A stretch of 38,227 nt of DNA from positions 1-38,227 of the forward strand of contig FLMG01001784.1 in the NCBI GenBank assembly GCA_900088475.1. Reading direction: 5' to 3'. The DNA comes from Hyphochytrium catenoides. Taxonomy: Eukaryota; Protista; Hyphochytriomycota. Numbering within the stretch: the stretch's first letter is position 1; every line of letters begins with the position of its first letter. The notes under the pieces were generated by a model. It worked only from the letters and a program-made list of their open reading frames with translations. It was not told where the DNA came from and ran no database searches. The translations under genes were made by a program, and so were the position numbers. Positions 1 to 11,391 of the stretch are shown in pieces.

Positions 1-439
1 GCTCTCACGCTCGCACTGTTCTCGTTCCTTTGCAGAGCCCTTGGCCACTTCTCACTTGGCCCCTTTCTCAATCTCAGTCTCTCTCTCTTAACGAGCATCT
101 TCAGTGTATCTCAAGGAGAAGCGAAGCAAGAGAGGGAATTACCTCTTAAGCGACCAAAAACAGGAGCGGGAGACGGGAGCGTGGAGAGAGAGACTTATAA
201 GAGGCGCAAAGAAACAGACAGAGAGCAAGAGTGAGAACTTCAGCCATTACTGAGAAGAGAGACAAAGAGAGAGATACACGGAGACAGATAAAGATAGAAA
301 ACAAAGAGAGAGAGACAAACCGGGGGGATAGGCTGGATGCGCGGGTAGTGTCACACACCGGCGATACCTCTTCGAAGACTTCGAGTCTTTCCTTCGACCC
401 TAAAGAGCTCTTCAAACGCGCTAACGGGGCAGAAGGCAT
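1..439 (-). CDS. Possible 5' end of an unknown gene transcribed away from DNAAF3
   Basis: ATG near 439 gives MPSAPLARLKSSLGSKERLEVFEE followed by GAG|GTATCG and a CT-rich, intron-like stretch. No downstream exon could be assigned with confidence and no homology was recognised. Confidence 0.3.
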
Positions 440-558
440 TGTACTGGCTCTGCTACCACGGTTCAAGGAGAAGAGAAAGAGAGAGAGAGAGAGAGCGGAA
501 AGAGAGAGAGAGAGAGAGAAGAGAGGAGAGTGCAATCGGTAGGTGGATTAGCGGCAAG

Positions 559-2134
559 ATGTACGCCTCGAAGATCACCGAGAATCTGGGCTTCCATGCG
601 ATGTGGGGCCATTCACCGTCATTTGACCTCCAGGCGCTCTACCGCCGCCACGGGTCAGGAGCTGCTGGAGAGACAAGGGACATGACAGGAGAGAAAAGAG
701 AGAGAGAAGACGCCAAGGGAGGAGAAGAGGAGCCTCTCAATGTTCTTCTGCTGCTACCGGCGGATATCAGGCACGTGCTGCACACTCTCTCCCGCCGAAG
801 GCGCCATCCCAAGAGGCCGATACATGTAAGGCACCAGCTGCCGGTGCTTTCCTAAGCTGTGACCATACGTTCTCTTTCTTCTCCCTTTCTCTCTCTCTCC
901 TCTCTCTCTTCTTTTCTTCTCTCTCTTCCATTCTCTCTCCCTCTCTCTGTCTTCTAGATATATAACCAGCTAGCTACCTCCGTGTCCAGCTCTCTCTCGA
1001 TCTTTTGCATATTTTCAGCTTGCTGTCCTGTGCCCTTTTCCTCTCTCTCCCTTTTTCTTTCTCTCTCTTTGTATCTGTTCTCGTAGTAACTCCCTCTCTC
1101 TGTCTCTCCCTGCGGTTAACATATGATGTATCTTTAAAAGTTCTACATTGTTGAAGAGCACGTGGAAGTGCTGGCGCGCCATCTTCTTCTTCTCTCTGTT
1201 GCCTTCGACTGGGAGATTCCCATCAGACAGCGAGCCAACCTCTTCCTAGAGATATTTGGAAACTGCCTTGTGCAGGTAGGTCGGACTGTGGAAAGAGAAA
1301 GAAAGAGAGAGAGAGAGAGAAAGAGAAGTTAGAAGAAAAGCTAAGAAAGAAGAGCGAAGGAGAGAAAGTGAGAAGCAGCGCTTGGAGGCGAAGACTGTAG
1401 CTTGTGGGGAACAAGCAGGTTGAGTACAGAGGAGAGAGGGAGAAAGAGTAAAAATAAACGGATGGGGCTAGGAGAGATGCGAGAGAAAGGGAGAGAAATG
1501 GAAAAGAAAGTAAATGAGAGAGAGAGACAGAGAGACAGACAGAGATAGAAAGACACCATGACCTTGGACTCCCTCTGTCTCTTTCACTCGCTATTCTGGC
1601 TGCCTATGTGATGCCTAATGCTCCTCTCTCTCTTCTTTTCAATATCTCCAATCTCTCTTGTTCCAATCTCTGTCTATTCTTTGGGATCCTTCTTCTCACC
1701 CCACCCCCACCCCCCTTCTCTCTCTCTTCTCTCTCTCTCTCTCTCTCCTCTCTGTCTCTCTCTGTCTCTGTCTGCCTGTCTCTTTGTCTTTTGCTCCCTC
1801 CCTGTCTCTCTCTCTCTGTCCCTTTCTCCCCTCTTCCCTTCAGGAGCGGACCAGCAAGTATATATCGGAGCTTGCTTTGCAGTTGGAGGACCTGGTGACC
1901 GAGGGGACAGGTCCTCTGGAGAGCGTGATAGATCTCTCTCTCCTAAAGTATAAAGAGAGAGACGAGCTTGTCGATGTCTTCCGCTCCTGGAACCATAGAG
2001 TTATATACGAAGGTAGGGGAAAAGATGAGAGTCTTCCGCTTCGATGACCTCTTTCCTTACTAGGCTTTGCTCCTTTCTCTCGTCAAGGGTACCCTCTTTA
2101 TCATGATAGTTCATTGTCTTCCATCTTTCTTTTT

Positions 2135-2188
<54 letters not shown>

Positions 2189-2421
2189 AGGTCGTGCCTA
2201 TCTGTCTCGCTCCGTATCTACCCTCTCTCCGATTCTCTATCTCTCTTCCTATCTTTTCTCTCTCTTTGGCATCTGATGGCCTGCTTCTCTCTTGTGGCAG
2301 TTGAAAAGTTCCGAGACACTCGGTTGAGGAGGATGTACGCCGACCGTTATGACTTCAGAAGAAATCTCATTGACTGGGACTACACCGTCAGTGACACTTT
2401 CCCTCTTTCTTTCTCTCCCCC

Positions 2422-2462
<41 letters not shown>

Positions 2463-5400
2463 GCTCGCTCTCGCTCTCTACCTTCTATCTATCGCATACA
2501 TCTTTCCTTCTCATATCGAAGTTTTTCGCTCTATTCCAGCCCCTTCGTCTCCTCCGCTCCTTGTCCTCTTTTTCTATTTTTGGTTCTCTCTTCTTGCTCC
2601 TTTTCTTTCCTCCTTGCTCTCTTTGTACTATCCTTGCTCTTTCTCTCTCTCTCTCTGCGCTCTCCTCTCTCAGGTTCCGTGTTGTTGATTTTATCTTTCT
2701 TCTCTATTTTTCCATCCTCTCTTTCTCTCTCTCTCTCTCTCTCTCCATTCTCTCTTTCTTTCTCGCTCTTTCTCTCTTCTCAGCGCCCTCTACGCCTCTC
2801 TGTCTGTGTGTGTGTCTCTCTCTCTCTTTGTTTGCCCCACCATCAACTTCTTCCTTCCATCTCAAGCACTCTGTCTCTTTCCATTGTTCTCGTCTTTCTG
2901 AGTCTGTTCCCTTCTCCAGACACACTAGCGCTCTTGCCTTCTTAACCATCACTTGATACTTCTTTCTCTTTAGTCTCTCTCTCTGTCGCGGGTCACGTCT
3001 CTCTTCTGTAATTTTATGAATGGTCTCTCTTCTCTCTTTTTTCTCCATTCCACCCTCTCTGTTTTTCTCTCTCTCTCTAGATGCTGCTCTCCAAAGTGGA
3101 AGAGATGAAAATAATCCATAGTAAGCAGTATACCAATTGGAGACAGAGCGGCATCGCATTCGAATTTGGAGACCAGACCTACACCGTGGCCAACAGGAGT
3201 ATGGGCTCTTTCTTTGAGGGGAGAGAGAGAGGACTCAGTAAGAAGAGAAGAGGATTCTGGCTCGACATTATCTCTGGACCGTTTGTCGGCCTGGGCGTCG
3301 ACGCGGAGAAGGTGAGTGATAAAGACAGAGAGGACGGACTTTTTTTCGAAGAGGAGAGAGAGAGGACTGAGACATAAAGAGCGAGAAAGAGAAGGAAGAT
3401 ATACTTTGCGGGAGAGCATTGCGGGCGAGAGATTGACTGAGAGACGGAGATGAAGTTAGACAAAGAGAGTGCAGGGAATAAGAGAGTCACGGTTGAGGTA
3501 AGAGAGAGAGAGAGACTGAGAAACGTGGAGAACTGCTGTTGGAGGGAGAACTTTGTAGGAAGAGCAGTCAAGCGGAAAGAGAAGCCGATATCTGAAGGTG
3601 GATGGAGCACAAGCTAGCAGTAACAGGGAGACAGAGAGAGAGAGAGGGAGAGAGAGGAAAGAGAAAGGCTGGGGATAGAGAGAAAGAGAAAGGAAAAGAG
3701 GGAGAGAGAAGAGGTGCAGCAATACAACTTTAACTCCGTTACTCGTCCTGACAGCCTAACAAGCTTGCGGAGGATCTGTTCATGGTGGTCAACAAAGGAA
3801 CAGGAACGGAACAGCAGCGCCATGTAAGGAGAGAAAGCAGATCTTTTCTTCGGAGGAGGGCTCGTCTTGTCTCTTCCTTCCGCTGCTGTTCCCTCTCTTT
3901 CCCTAAGTTCAGGTGTTTACCATTCCCCTCACTTTCGCCTCTTCAACTCTTTTCTCGCTGACGCTTCTACCGGGCAGAGAGTATACATCCTCTCTGTCTC
4001 TGCCTCTCTCTCTCTCTCTTCCCTGGCAGCGTTGCCTCTGCTCTTTCTCTCTCTCTAGTTCCTCGCTTTTCTGTCTCCTTTTACTTTCTCTTCCTCTCGA
4101 GGTTGATAGGAGATTCGCGTCACTGACAGCCCATGTCTGGCTTACTCTGTCTCGTTCCTTATTCTTAGAATGCAGTGGAGATTGCTGTCTACAACGTGCT
4201 CTCTTTCCTTTTTGAGATCGAGACAGGGATGGTCTATAAGATGAAACAGGTCTCTCTCTCTCTTCTTGTCTGCTTTCTCTCTCCCTCTCTCTCTCGCTTT
4301 TTACTCGCGGGCCGGATTATTGTGCGCACGCGTTATCTTTCCTCTCTCTGTCTTTCTTTCTCTCCCTCGTGATGCATATCTCTGAACATTCTCACTCTTC
4401 CTTCGCATCTCTCGCTTTTGTCCACCTCTCTCTTCCTTTTTCTCTCGCTTGCTATTTACTCTGTCTTATCTCTCTGCCCGTTTCTCGTTTGTCTGGCTCT
4501 CAACCTTACATACATCCTCAGTCTGGCATCGTTCCCTCTCTCTCTCTCTCTCTCTTGCTATCGACTGGTAACATGCAATATCTTGTCTCTCTCTCTCTCT
4601 GTCTTCTCTCTCTCTTTTTCTCTCTCTTTCTCTCTCCTTGAAAGCTCCAGCTCACGTTACGCTTCATTTATCTTCACATTGATAGGAGCACGAGATATAC
4701 AGCGGGCTGGGAGAAGAGGCCAAGACAGGAGACGACCAAGAAGAGAAAGAAGTAAACGGAGAAACGCCGAGAAAGGAAAAGAATGAGCAGGAGCAAGACG
4801 GCAGCGGAGAGAGAGAGAAAAGACAGGAAGAAAGAGCGCCGGAGGAAGCCCAACAACAGGCGGAGGAGAGTGAGCTTCAAGGAGATAGCGGAGAAGAAGA
4901 GATGCTTAAAAGAGCAAAGACAATCCTTTCCTCCCTCGATGGCATTAAGGTAGACTCTCTCCTATTTCTCTCTCTTTCTCTTTCTCGCATTGTTTGTCTT
5001 AGCTCCTTTACCTTCAATCAACTGGTGCTCATTCTCTGTTTTCTCTCTCCTGCTTCCGGTCTACTCGTACACGTCTTATGAATCTTTCTCTCTGTCTGTC
5101 TCTCGTTATCTCTCTCTCTGTCGGGCCCTCTTCCTCTCTCTCTCTCTTCCCAACACACAAGAAAATTATCTCGCAATGTTCCTTCTGTTAAGAACATCGC
5201 AGGCGTTGCGCTTCACTTGTTTCTTTGATTCCCTGTCTATGGTTGTCTCTCGCTCTCCTCTTATGTGTCTCTCTTCCTCGCTCTGGTTTCTCCTCTATTT
5301 CCATTCAGCTCTCTCTCCTCTCCTCTACAGCGAAGGACTAACCTCCTCTCTCATACTTTTTCTTTCTATATTTCCCTCTCTTCGACGTTCCATCGTTTCT

Positions 5401-5914
5401 CTTTCTGACGATTCCGTTCCACTTTCACTCCATCCCTCTCTCTTTCCCTGACACGGACGACACATTCTCTCTCTCTCTCTCTCTCTTTCCTTCTCTCTCT
5501 TCCCTTCTCTCTCTTTCTCTTCTTCCTCCCCTTTACTCTTTACTATAAAGGTTTTCTTGGTATCAGGCCCAGTGGAAGGCTTGGTCGGGAAGAAGAGGTT
5601 TTCCTCTCTCTCTTCTCTCTCTTTTATATCCTCTGAGGGCGCCAAGTGGCTGCAGAGCGCGGAACCGAACAAATCTATCAACAAACTTTTGAGGCCTGAC
5701 GCCCTGGTGGCCGTAGAAAGCGCACGGTAAGGGCAGACACATTCTCTCTCTCTCTTTCCTTCTCTATTCCTCCTTCTCCTCTCTCTTTGTCTAACTTTCT
5801 TTCCTACTCTTGCGGGTTCGTCGATCTCTTTCTCTTTCTCCGAACCTTTCTTTTTGGTTAGCGTTTACCCTTTCTTGTCTTCTTCGCTCTCTTCCTTCCT
5901 TTTCTCTCTCTCTT

Positions 5915-5954
<40 letters not shown>

Positions 5955-6217
5955 CTTCTCTCTTCTTTCTCTCTCTCTCTTTCTCTCTCGCATCGACCTG
6001 TTCCTGTCTCCCTTTCTCGCACCATCTTGAGCTAAGCTCCCTCATTCTTGTCAGGTATGTGGTGCCTTTGAAGTCTGAAGAGAAGGAAAAGTATCGGGAA
6101 AAGGTGAGAGAGATGGCAGAGGCTTTGGGTTGGGAGAGAAGAGGAGACGACAAGGAGGAACTCAAGCCGCCAGGGTGTCTCCTGTTTCGAGCTAACCCTG
6201 CGGCCGTGGCCAGCTGA
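559..6217 (+). CDS. DNAAF3: Dynein axonemal assembly factor 3 (PF22/DNAAF3), 10 exons, ~546 aa
   Basis: Phase-consistent GT-AG exons: 559-825, 1141-1275, 1844-2012, 2301-2386, 3081-3311, 3755-3823, 4169-4249, 4686-4949, 5551-5726, 6055-6217. Motifs typical of DNAAF3: LGFHAMWGHSPSFDL, DIRHVLHTL, EVLARHLLL, LFLEIFGN, LKYKERDEL, RYDFRRNLIDWDY, WRQSGIAFE, RGFWLDIISGPF, VAVESAR. Confidence 0.92.
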
Positions 6218-6221
6218 TGAT

Positions 6222-6327
6222 AATGGAGAGAAGAGAGAGGAAGAGAGAGACGGAGAAGAGGGGGAGAGAGAGAGAGAAGAGAGAGAGAAAAGAGCGAGAG
6301 AGAGCCGATAACTTGCTTGGATAGGGG

Positions 6328-6390
<63 letters not shown>

Positions 6391-6392
6391 AC
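6222..6392. repeat. (GA)n microsatellite tract immediately after the DNAAF3 stop
   Basis: Long near-pure GA runs follow TGA TGA TAA. This is representative of dozens of (GA)/(CT) tracts in the window. Confidence 0.95.
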
Positions 6393-6979
6393 AACGTAAG
6401 AGAAGAGGTAGATCTCTGAGGTCGTGTACAAGACAGAGTGCCAAACTCCCTTTTATTAGCAGTGATGAAGGGGCAACAAACATTATCTTAAATAGAACGA
6501 CTTTACCGTCCTAGTCGTAAATAACACCGTTCATCCTGAATAAGATTTAGAATATGTACTGCACGTTACCACCTCTCAGAAACGACCATCACCAAGATGT
6601 CTCTTGGTAAAGAGAGGAAATTGAGAGAGAGAGAGAGAAAGGAAAGAGAGAGAGAGAAGGAAAGAGAGAGAGACAAGGAAGAGAGAAGAGAGGAACAAGC
6701 CCCTGATCAAGAGCACTCTGTAGCGAAGCGAGCAGCCAAACGCGCGGATGATCGCTGCGTGGGACGTGAGGAGAGAGAGAGAAGGAGCACCGCTCGCAGG
6801 GGAGAGAAGGACGAGGACAGCCCACTCGCGCTCTAAGCTATATTTGCTCCAAAAGAGACGCGGAGTCAATACCTGCAGGGAGAGAAGAAAGAGACAGAAA
6901 AGAAGAGAGAGAGAGAGAGAATAGGTAGCCAGAGGAAAAGGCAGAAAGGAAAAACTCGGTCGGTGGCTCGGAGGGAGAA

Positions 6980-7360
6980 ATGTCCGACGTTCGAGAAGAT
7001 AGCGCGGGGTTGGGCCAGCCTCCAAACGAATCCGAGTCCTTTCCTATTGACCAGAGGTGTTGGCAACCCAGACCTCTTCTCATCTCCTCTCCCGTCCATC
7101 CTTCTCTCCTGTCCGCGCTCTTTTCTCCTTCTTTTTATTACTGCTCTATGTCGTCTTATTCTCTCTCTCGTCTTCCTTTTTCTCTTCCTCTCTCGGTTTT
7201 TCTCTCTCTCTCTCTCTGTCTATCCTGTCTCTCTCTCTCTCTCTCTCAGGCGCGCGCACACCATTTACTCCTCCTTTCTTCTATCTCGCTTTCTGTCTCG
7301 ATCCTTTTCTCTCATTGGATTGCCCATTCCTTAGCCTTCGGTCTGTCTGCCTCTCCTCTT

Positions 7361-7411
<51 letters not shown>

Positions 7412-9905
7412 TGCTCGCTCCCTCACACACGCACTCACTTTCTCTTTCTCTCCCCTTCTCTCCATCTAACCGACGGTACACCGCTCAGCCCTTGGGAGGA
7501 GGAGGTCCAGACGCACTGCACTCAGTTTGCTGAGGCTCTTCCGAACATTGATTTCGCCGTTAGAGTCCAAGTGCCTCCCAGGGTAGGGGAGAGAAGAGAC
7601 ATCCTCCCTGTCCCTCTTTCTGTCTGCATCAATCTATCTGCCTGTCTCTTTCTCTCTTTCTCTCCTCTCCTTCATCTTTCTTCTCTCCCTACCTCTATCT
7701 GTCGTCTTCTCGTTTTGCCTCTTTTTCACCTCCTCTCACCTTTTCTCTCCTTGCTCTCTCTTTCTCATTCTCCCGCCGCCTTTACCTTTCTCCTCCTCTT
7801 GCTTGTTTATCCCTTTGGTCGCTATCTGATCTCTCTCTCTCTCTCTCTCCCTCTCTCTTTTTTTTCTTTTACTCTCTCTCTTACTCTCTCTCTCCTCTCT
7901 TTTATCTCTCCCTCCCTCACTCTCTCTCTTTTTCTTCTCTCTTCCCTTCTCAGCTGAAGGTCCCTCAGCGTGCTCCAACTCGCAACACCGACCAGCTTCT
8001 TATGCAAAAGTCCTTCACTCCTTACGCCCACGCACAAAGAGTGACACGAGCCAAGAACAAAGAGAGAGAGAGGGAGAGAGAGAAAGAAAAGCTCGAGTTT
8101 ATCTCTTTCTCTTGCCTGGCTCAGTGTCCCATAGTTCCTGCTGTTGGGGAAAGGAAAGAGATCAACGCGAAGTGCCTCACAGAGAAACAGTCAGGCTTTC
8201 AAACCAAGATCAGGGACATGGAAGTGCTGGTATGAAGACAGGGAGAGAAAAGAAAGGAAGAGGAAAGAGAGGAAGCAGGGGTAGACACGAAGCAGGAGAG
8301 ACGAAGAGTTAGAGGAGAAGAAAGAGCGGGGAAGACGAAACGGAGGGAAGAAGGGAAGAGAGTTCAAGAAGAAGAGGAAAACAGAAAGAGAGAAGGAGAG
8401 AAACAGACCACAGACAGAGAGAGAGACAAGAGAAGAGAGACAGAGAGAGAGAGAGGACAAAAATTGTAGGGCATGAGATAGATAGAAATAAGAGACAAAG
8501 ACAGGGAAGAGAGAGAGAGAGCCCACACTATGCCAACAAGAAAGGAGAGAATGTGCTGAGGCAAGGCATACAGCCATACTTCTTCCATTCCATTGAGTGG
8601 ACACGCCTTTTTTTCTTTATCAGGCCCTTTCTAGCAGACGATCGGGAAGATATGACACAGAAGCACTCGCCTATCTCAGGTGAAGAGGCTCTCCCTTCTC
8701 TCTCTCTCTCACTCTCTCACACGCACAGAGTCTCTCTCTCTCACCGAGTCTCTCTAACACCGAGCCTCTCTCCTTCACACCACCACACCGAGTCTCGCTC
8801 CTTCACACTGAGTCTTTCTCTCCCACACGGAGGGGTGTCTCTCTCTCTCTCTCCGGGTGTCTCTTTCTCTCTCACCAACTCTCTCCTCTCTCTCTCTCTC
8901 TCTCTAGCATGGCCATCGATTACGATAATATGGATGAGTTCTCGAAGGCTATAGATTGCTATAAAAGGTTCGCAGAGATTGCTGAGAATGATCTGAAGGA
9001 TGGAGCGCTCCTTGGCATGGCGTGTAACTTCATCGGAGTAGATCTCCAGGTCTCTCTCTCTCTCTCTCTTTTTTTCTCTCTCTCTATTTCTCTCTCTCTG
9101 TTCCCTTCTCTTTTCTTCTTGTCTCTTCTTCCTCGCTCTAAAGCATCCCGCTCTCTAGGCTCTTTCTCTTCACTTCTCTCTCTCCCTCACTTTCTCTCTC
9201 TTTCTTTCTCTCGTCCTTCCACTCTCTCTCCATCTCTGGCTCTTTCCCATCATTCCTCCTCCTTGCTCAGTCACCTCTCTTTGCCACTGATCTTTTCTCN
9301 NNNNNNNNNNNNNNNNNNNNNNNNNNNNNNNNNNNNNNNNNNNNNNNNNNNNNNNNNNNNNNNNNNNNNNNNNNNNNNNNNNNCTCTCTCTCTCTCTCTC
9401 TCCATGTTATTGGCTCTTTCTTCCTTCCTTCTCTCTTTATCTCTTCCTCGGCTGTCTCTCTTTTTCTCTCTCTCCATGTTAGTTGACTCTTTCTCCTACG
9501 TCCTCCGTTCCTTTTTATGGTGTTTTCTTACTCTCTGTCTCTCTCTTTCTTTCCCTCTCCCTCTCCCTTCCTCTAGCTTCTGGCTGCTCAGGAGGCTGGC
9601 GCAGTCTACACAGGCAGCTTCTTTAGCCCAGATAACGAGAGACTCAACAGGTGCGTCCGGAACTTTACAAGAAGGAGGTGGGAAGAAAGAGAAAGAGAGA
9701 GAAAGAGGAAGATGGAAGACGTGGGAGAGAGAGAGACATTGGCAAGGAAGACAGGGATACCTATCATTGGGAAAAGTTTGGGATGATGGACACTGATGTA
9801 CAAGGTTGAGCTCAAAACTTGTTTTTCTATTCTCTGTCTTCCCTCTACACTCCAACTTTCTTCTGCGGGCCTTTCTCCCTCTCTCTCTCTCTTCGTCTTT
9901 CACCC

Positions 9906-9962
<57 letters not shown>

Positions 9963-10885
9963 TCTTGATTTTTTAGGGCTACTGAGTACCACAAGAGTGC
10001 GATTGAGCTTATGGACGACGCGGGGAAATGTGTTTCTCTTATCAACCTTGGACTCTGCTATAGCTCTCTGGGACAGGTCCACCTCTCTCTCTCTCTCTCT
10101 CTCTCTCTCGTGCGCGTCATTTATCCTCTGACTCTCTCTCCTCTCTCTCTCTGTCTCTCACTGCCTTGTGTTTCTATCGGTGTACTCATGAGCTACTGTC
10201 TCTCTTTACTCTCTCTTTCGCAGCAAGAGGAGGCGGCGACTAGCTTTCAATCGTCTCTGCGCTACGCCGTCGAGCTCCGAACTACTCTTGGGCAGACGCT
10301 GGCAGTAGGAAACTTAGGGCTGCTCGCTTACCGTCAGGTGGGACATGTGCAGTCTCTCTCTCTCCTCCTTTTCTCTCTCTCTCTTCTCTTCGTTCCTATC
10401 TCCTCTTCCCTTCGTTCCCTTCTCCTCTTCCTACTATTAGTCTCTCTTTGTCTCTCCCCTCCGTGCGTTTAATGATTCTTCGATGCTACTTGCTCTAACT
10501 CTTCTAGAGACGGCCAGTTCTTCTTTCCTCTCTCTCTCTCTCTCTCTCGTTCATCTTCTCTCTCTCTCTCTCCTTCTCTTACCGTGCTCTCTTGTGTCTG
10601 TGTCTCTCTCTCTCTCACTGTCTCTGTTCTACCACTCTCTCTTTCGATTCTGTTTCTCTCTCGCCAATCTCTGTTCCAGGGCGATATGTCGACAGCTAAA
10701 GCTTGTATGGAGCAACATCTGAAACTCTGCCGGGAGGTGAGACACTTCTTAGGAGAATGCCAGGCGAGCGTGCAGTTGGGGCTCATCGAGGCACAAGCAG
10801 GCAACCTTAGAGAGGCTGCTAATCACTTTGAAGAGGTAAACAAAAAGAGAGAGAGAGAGAGAGAAAGAGAGAAAGAGAGACAGAC

Positions 10886-10923
<38 letters not shown>

Positions 10924-11391
10924 NNNNNNNNNNNNNNNNNNNAGAGCTGGGAGAAGACAGGAAAGTAATGAGAGACAGAGAGGAAATAAGTACAGCCAAG
11001 ATCAAGAGGAGACTGAAAGGAAAGTAGGACTGGCGGAAGAAAGAGAAAGAAAGGAGAGGAAGCAGGGGAGACGCATCGTAAGCCAGCTCGAAAGCAGGGC
11101 TCGGGAGCTCTTCTATCCAGATGACGGGAGTAATGAGAGACAGATATAAAGAGAGCGAGAAAGAGGGTGAAACAAGGAGAGAGAGAGAGCGAGAAGAGAG
11201 AAAAAAGAAAGACTCAGCCTCAAAGTCGCCTCGTCATTTTTGTCTGTCAGGGCCGTGCCATCGCTCAAGTCTCAAGCTGTTTCGCCTTGGAAAAGAGAGC
11301 AACTTGCAATCTGGGTATCGTCCTTGCCCAGCTGAAGTCAGAGTCCTTCTTTGAGGATCTTGTCAAACAGAGCACGGCAGTCCATGCCTAA
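6980..11391 (+). CDS. Tetratricopeptide-repeat protein (TTC28/TTC29/GPSM-like repeats), ~11 exons, ~381 aa
   Basis: Phase-consistent exons: 6980-7056, 7489-7582, 7954-8040, 8125-8229, 8624-8679, 8908-9049, 9577-9650, 9977-10076, 10224-10337, 10680-10835, 11251-11391. TPR-like segments: EALAYLSMAIDYDNMDEFSKAIDCYKRF, CVSLINLGLCYSSLGQQEEAATSF, AVGNLGLLAYRQGDMSTAKACMEQHL, ASVQLGLIEAQAGNLREAANHFEE, ATCNLGIV. The N-terminus is uncertain; an upstream micro-exon at 6597-6606 (MSL|gtaaag) spliced to ~6933 is possible. Confidence 0.8.
8722..8822 (+). repeat. Intronic compound minisatellite, CAC[CAT]GAG[TC]CT plus (CT)n, ~5 copies
   Basis: cacagagtctc, caccgagtctc, caccgagcctc, caccgagtctc and cactgagtctt occur in tandem within the TPR-gene intron 8680-8907. 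Confidence 0.8.

Noticed and set aside
6400-7025. Possible minus-strand gene between DNAAF3 and the TPR gene
   Set aside because: Acceptor-like signals are just the complement of GA tracts; no coherent reading frame could be assembled.
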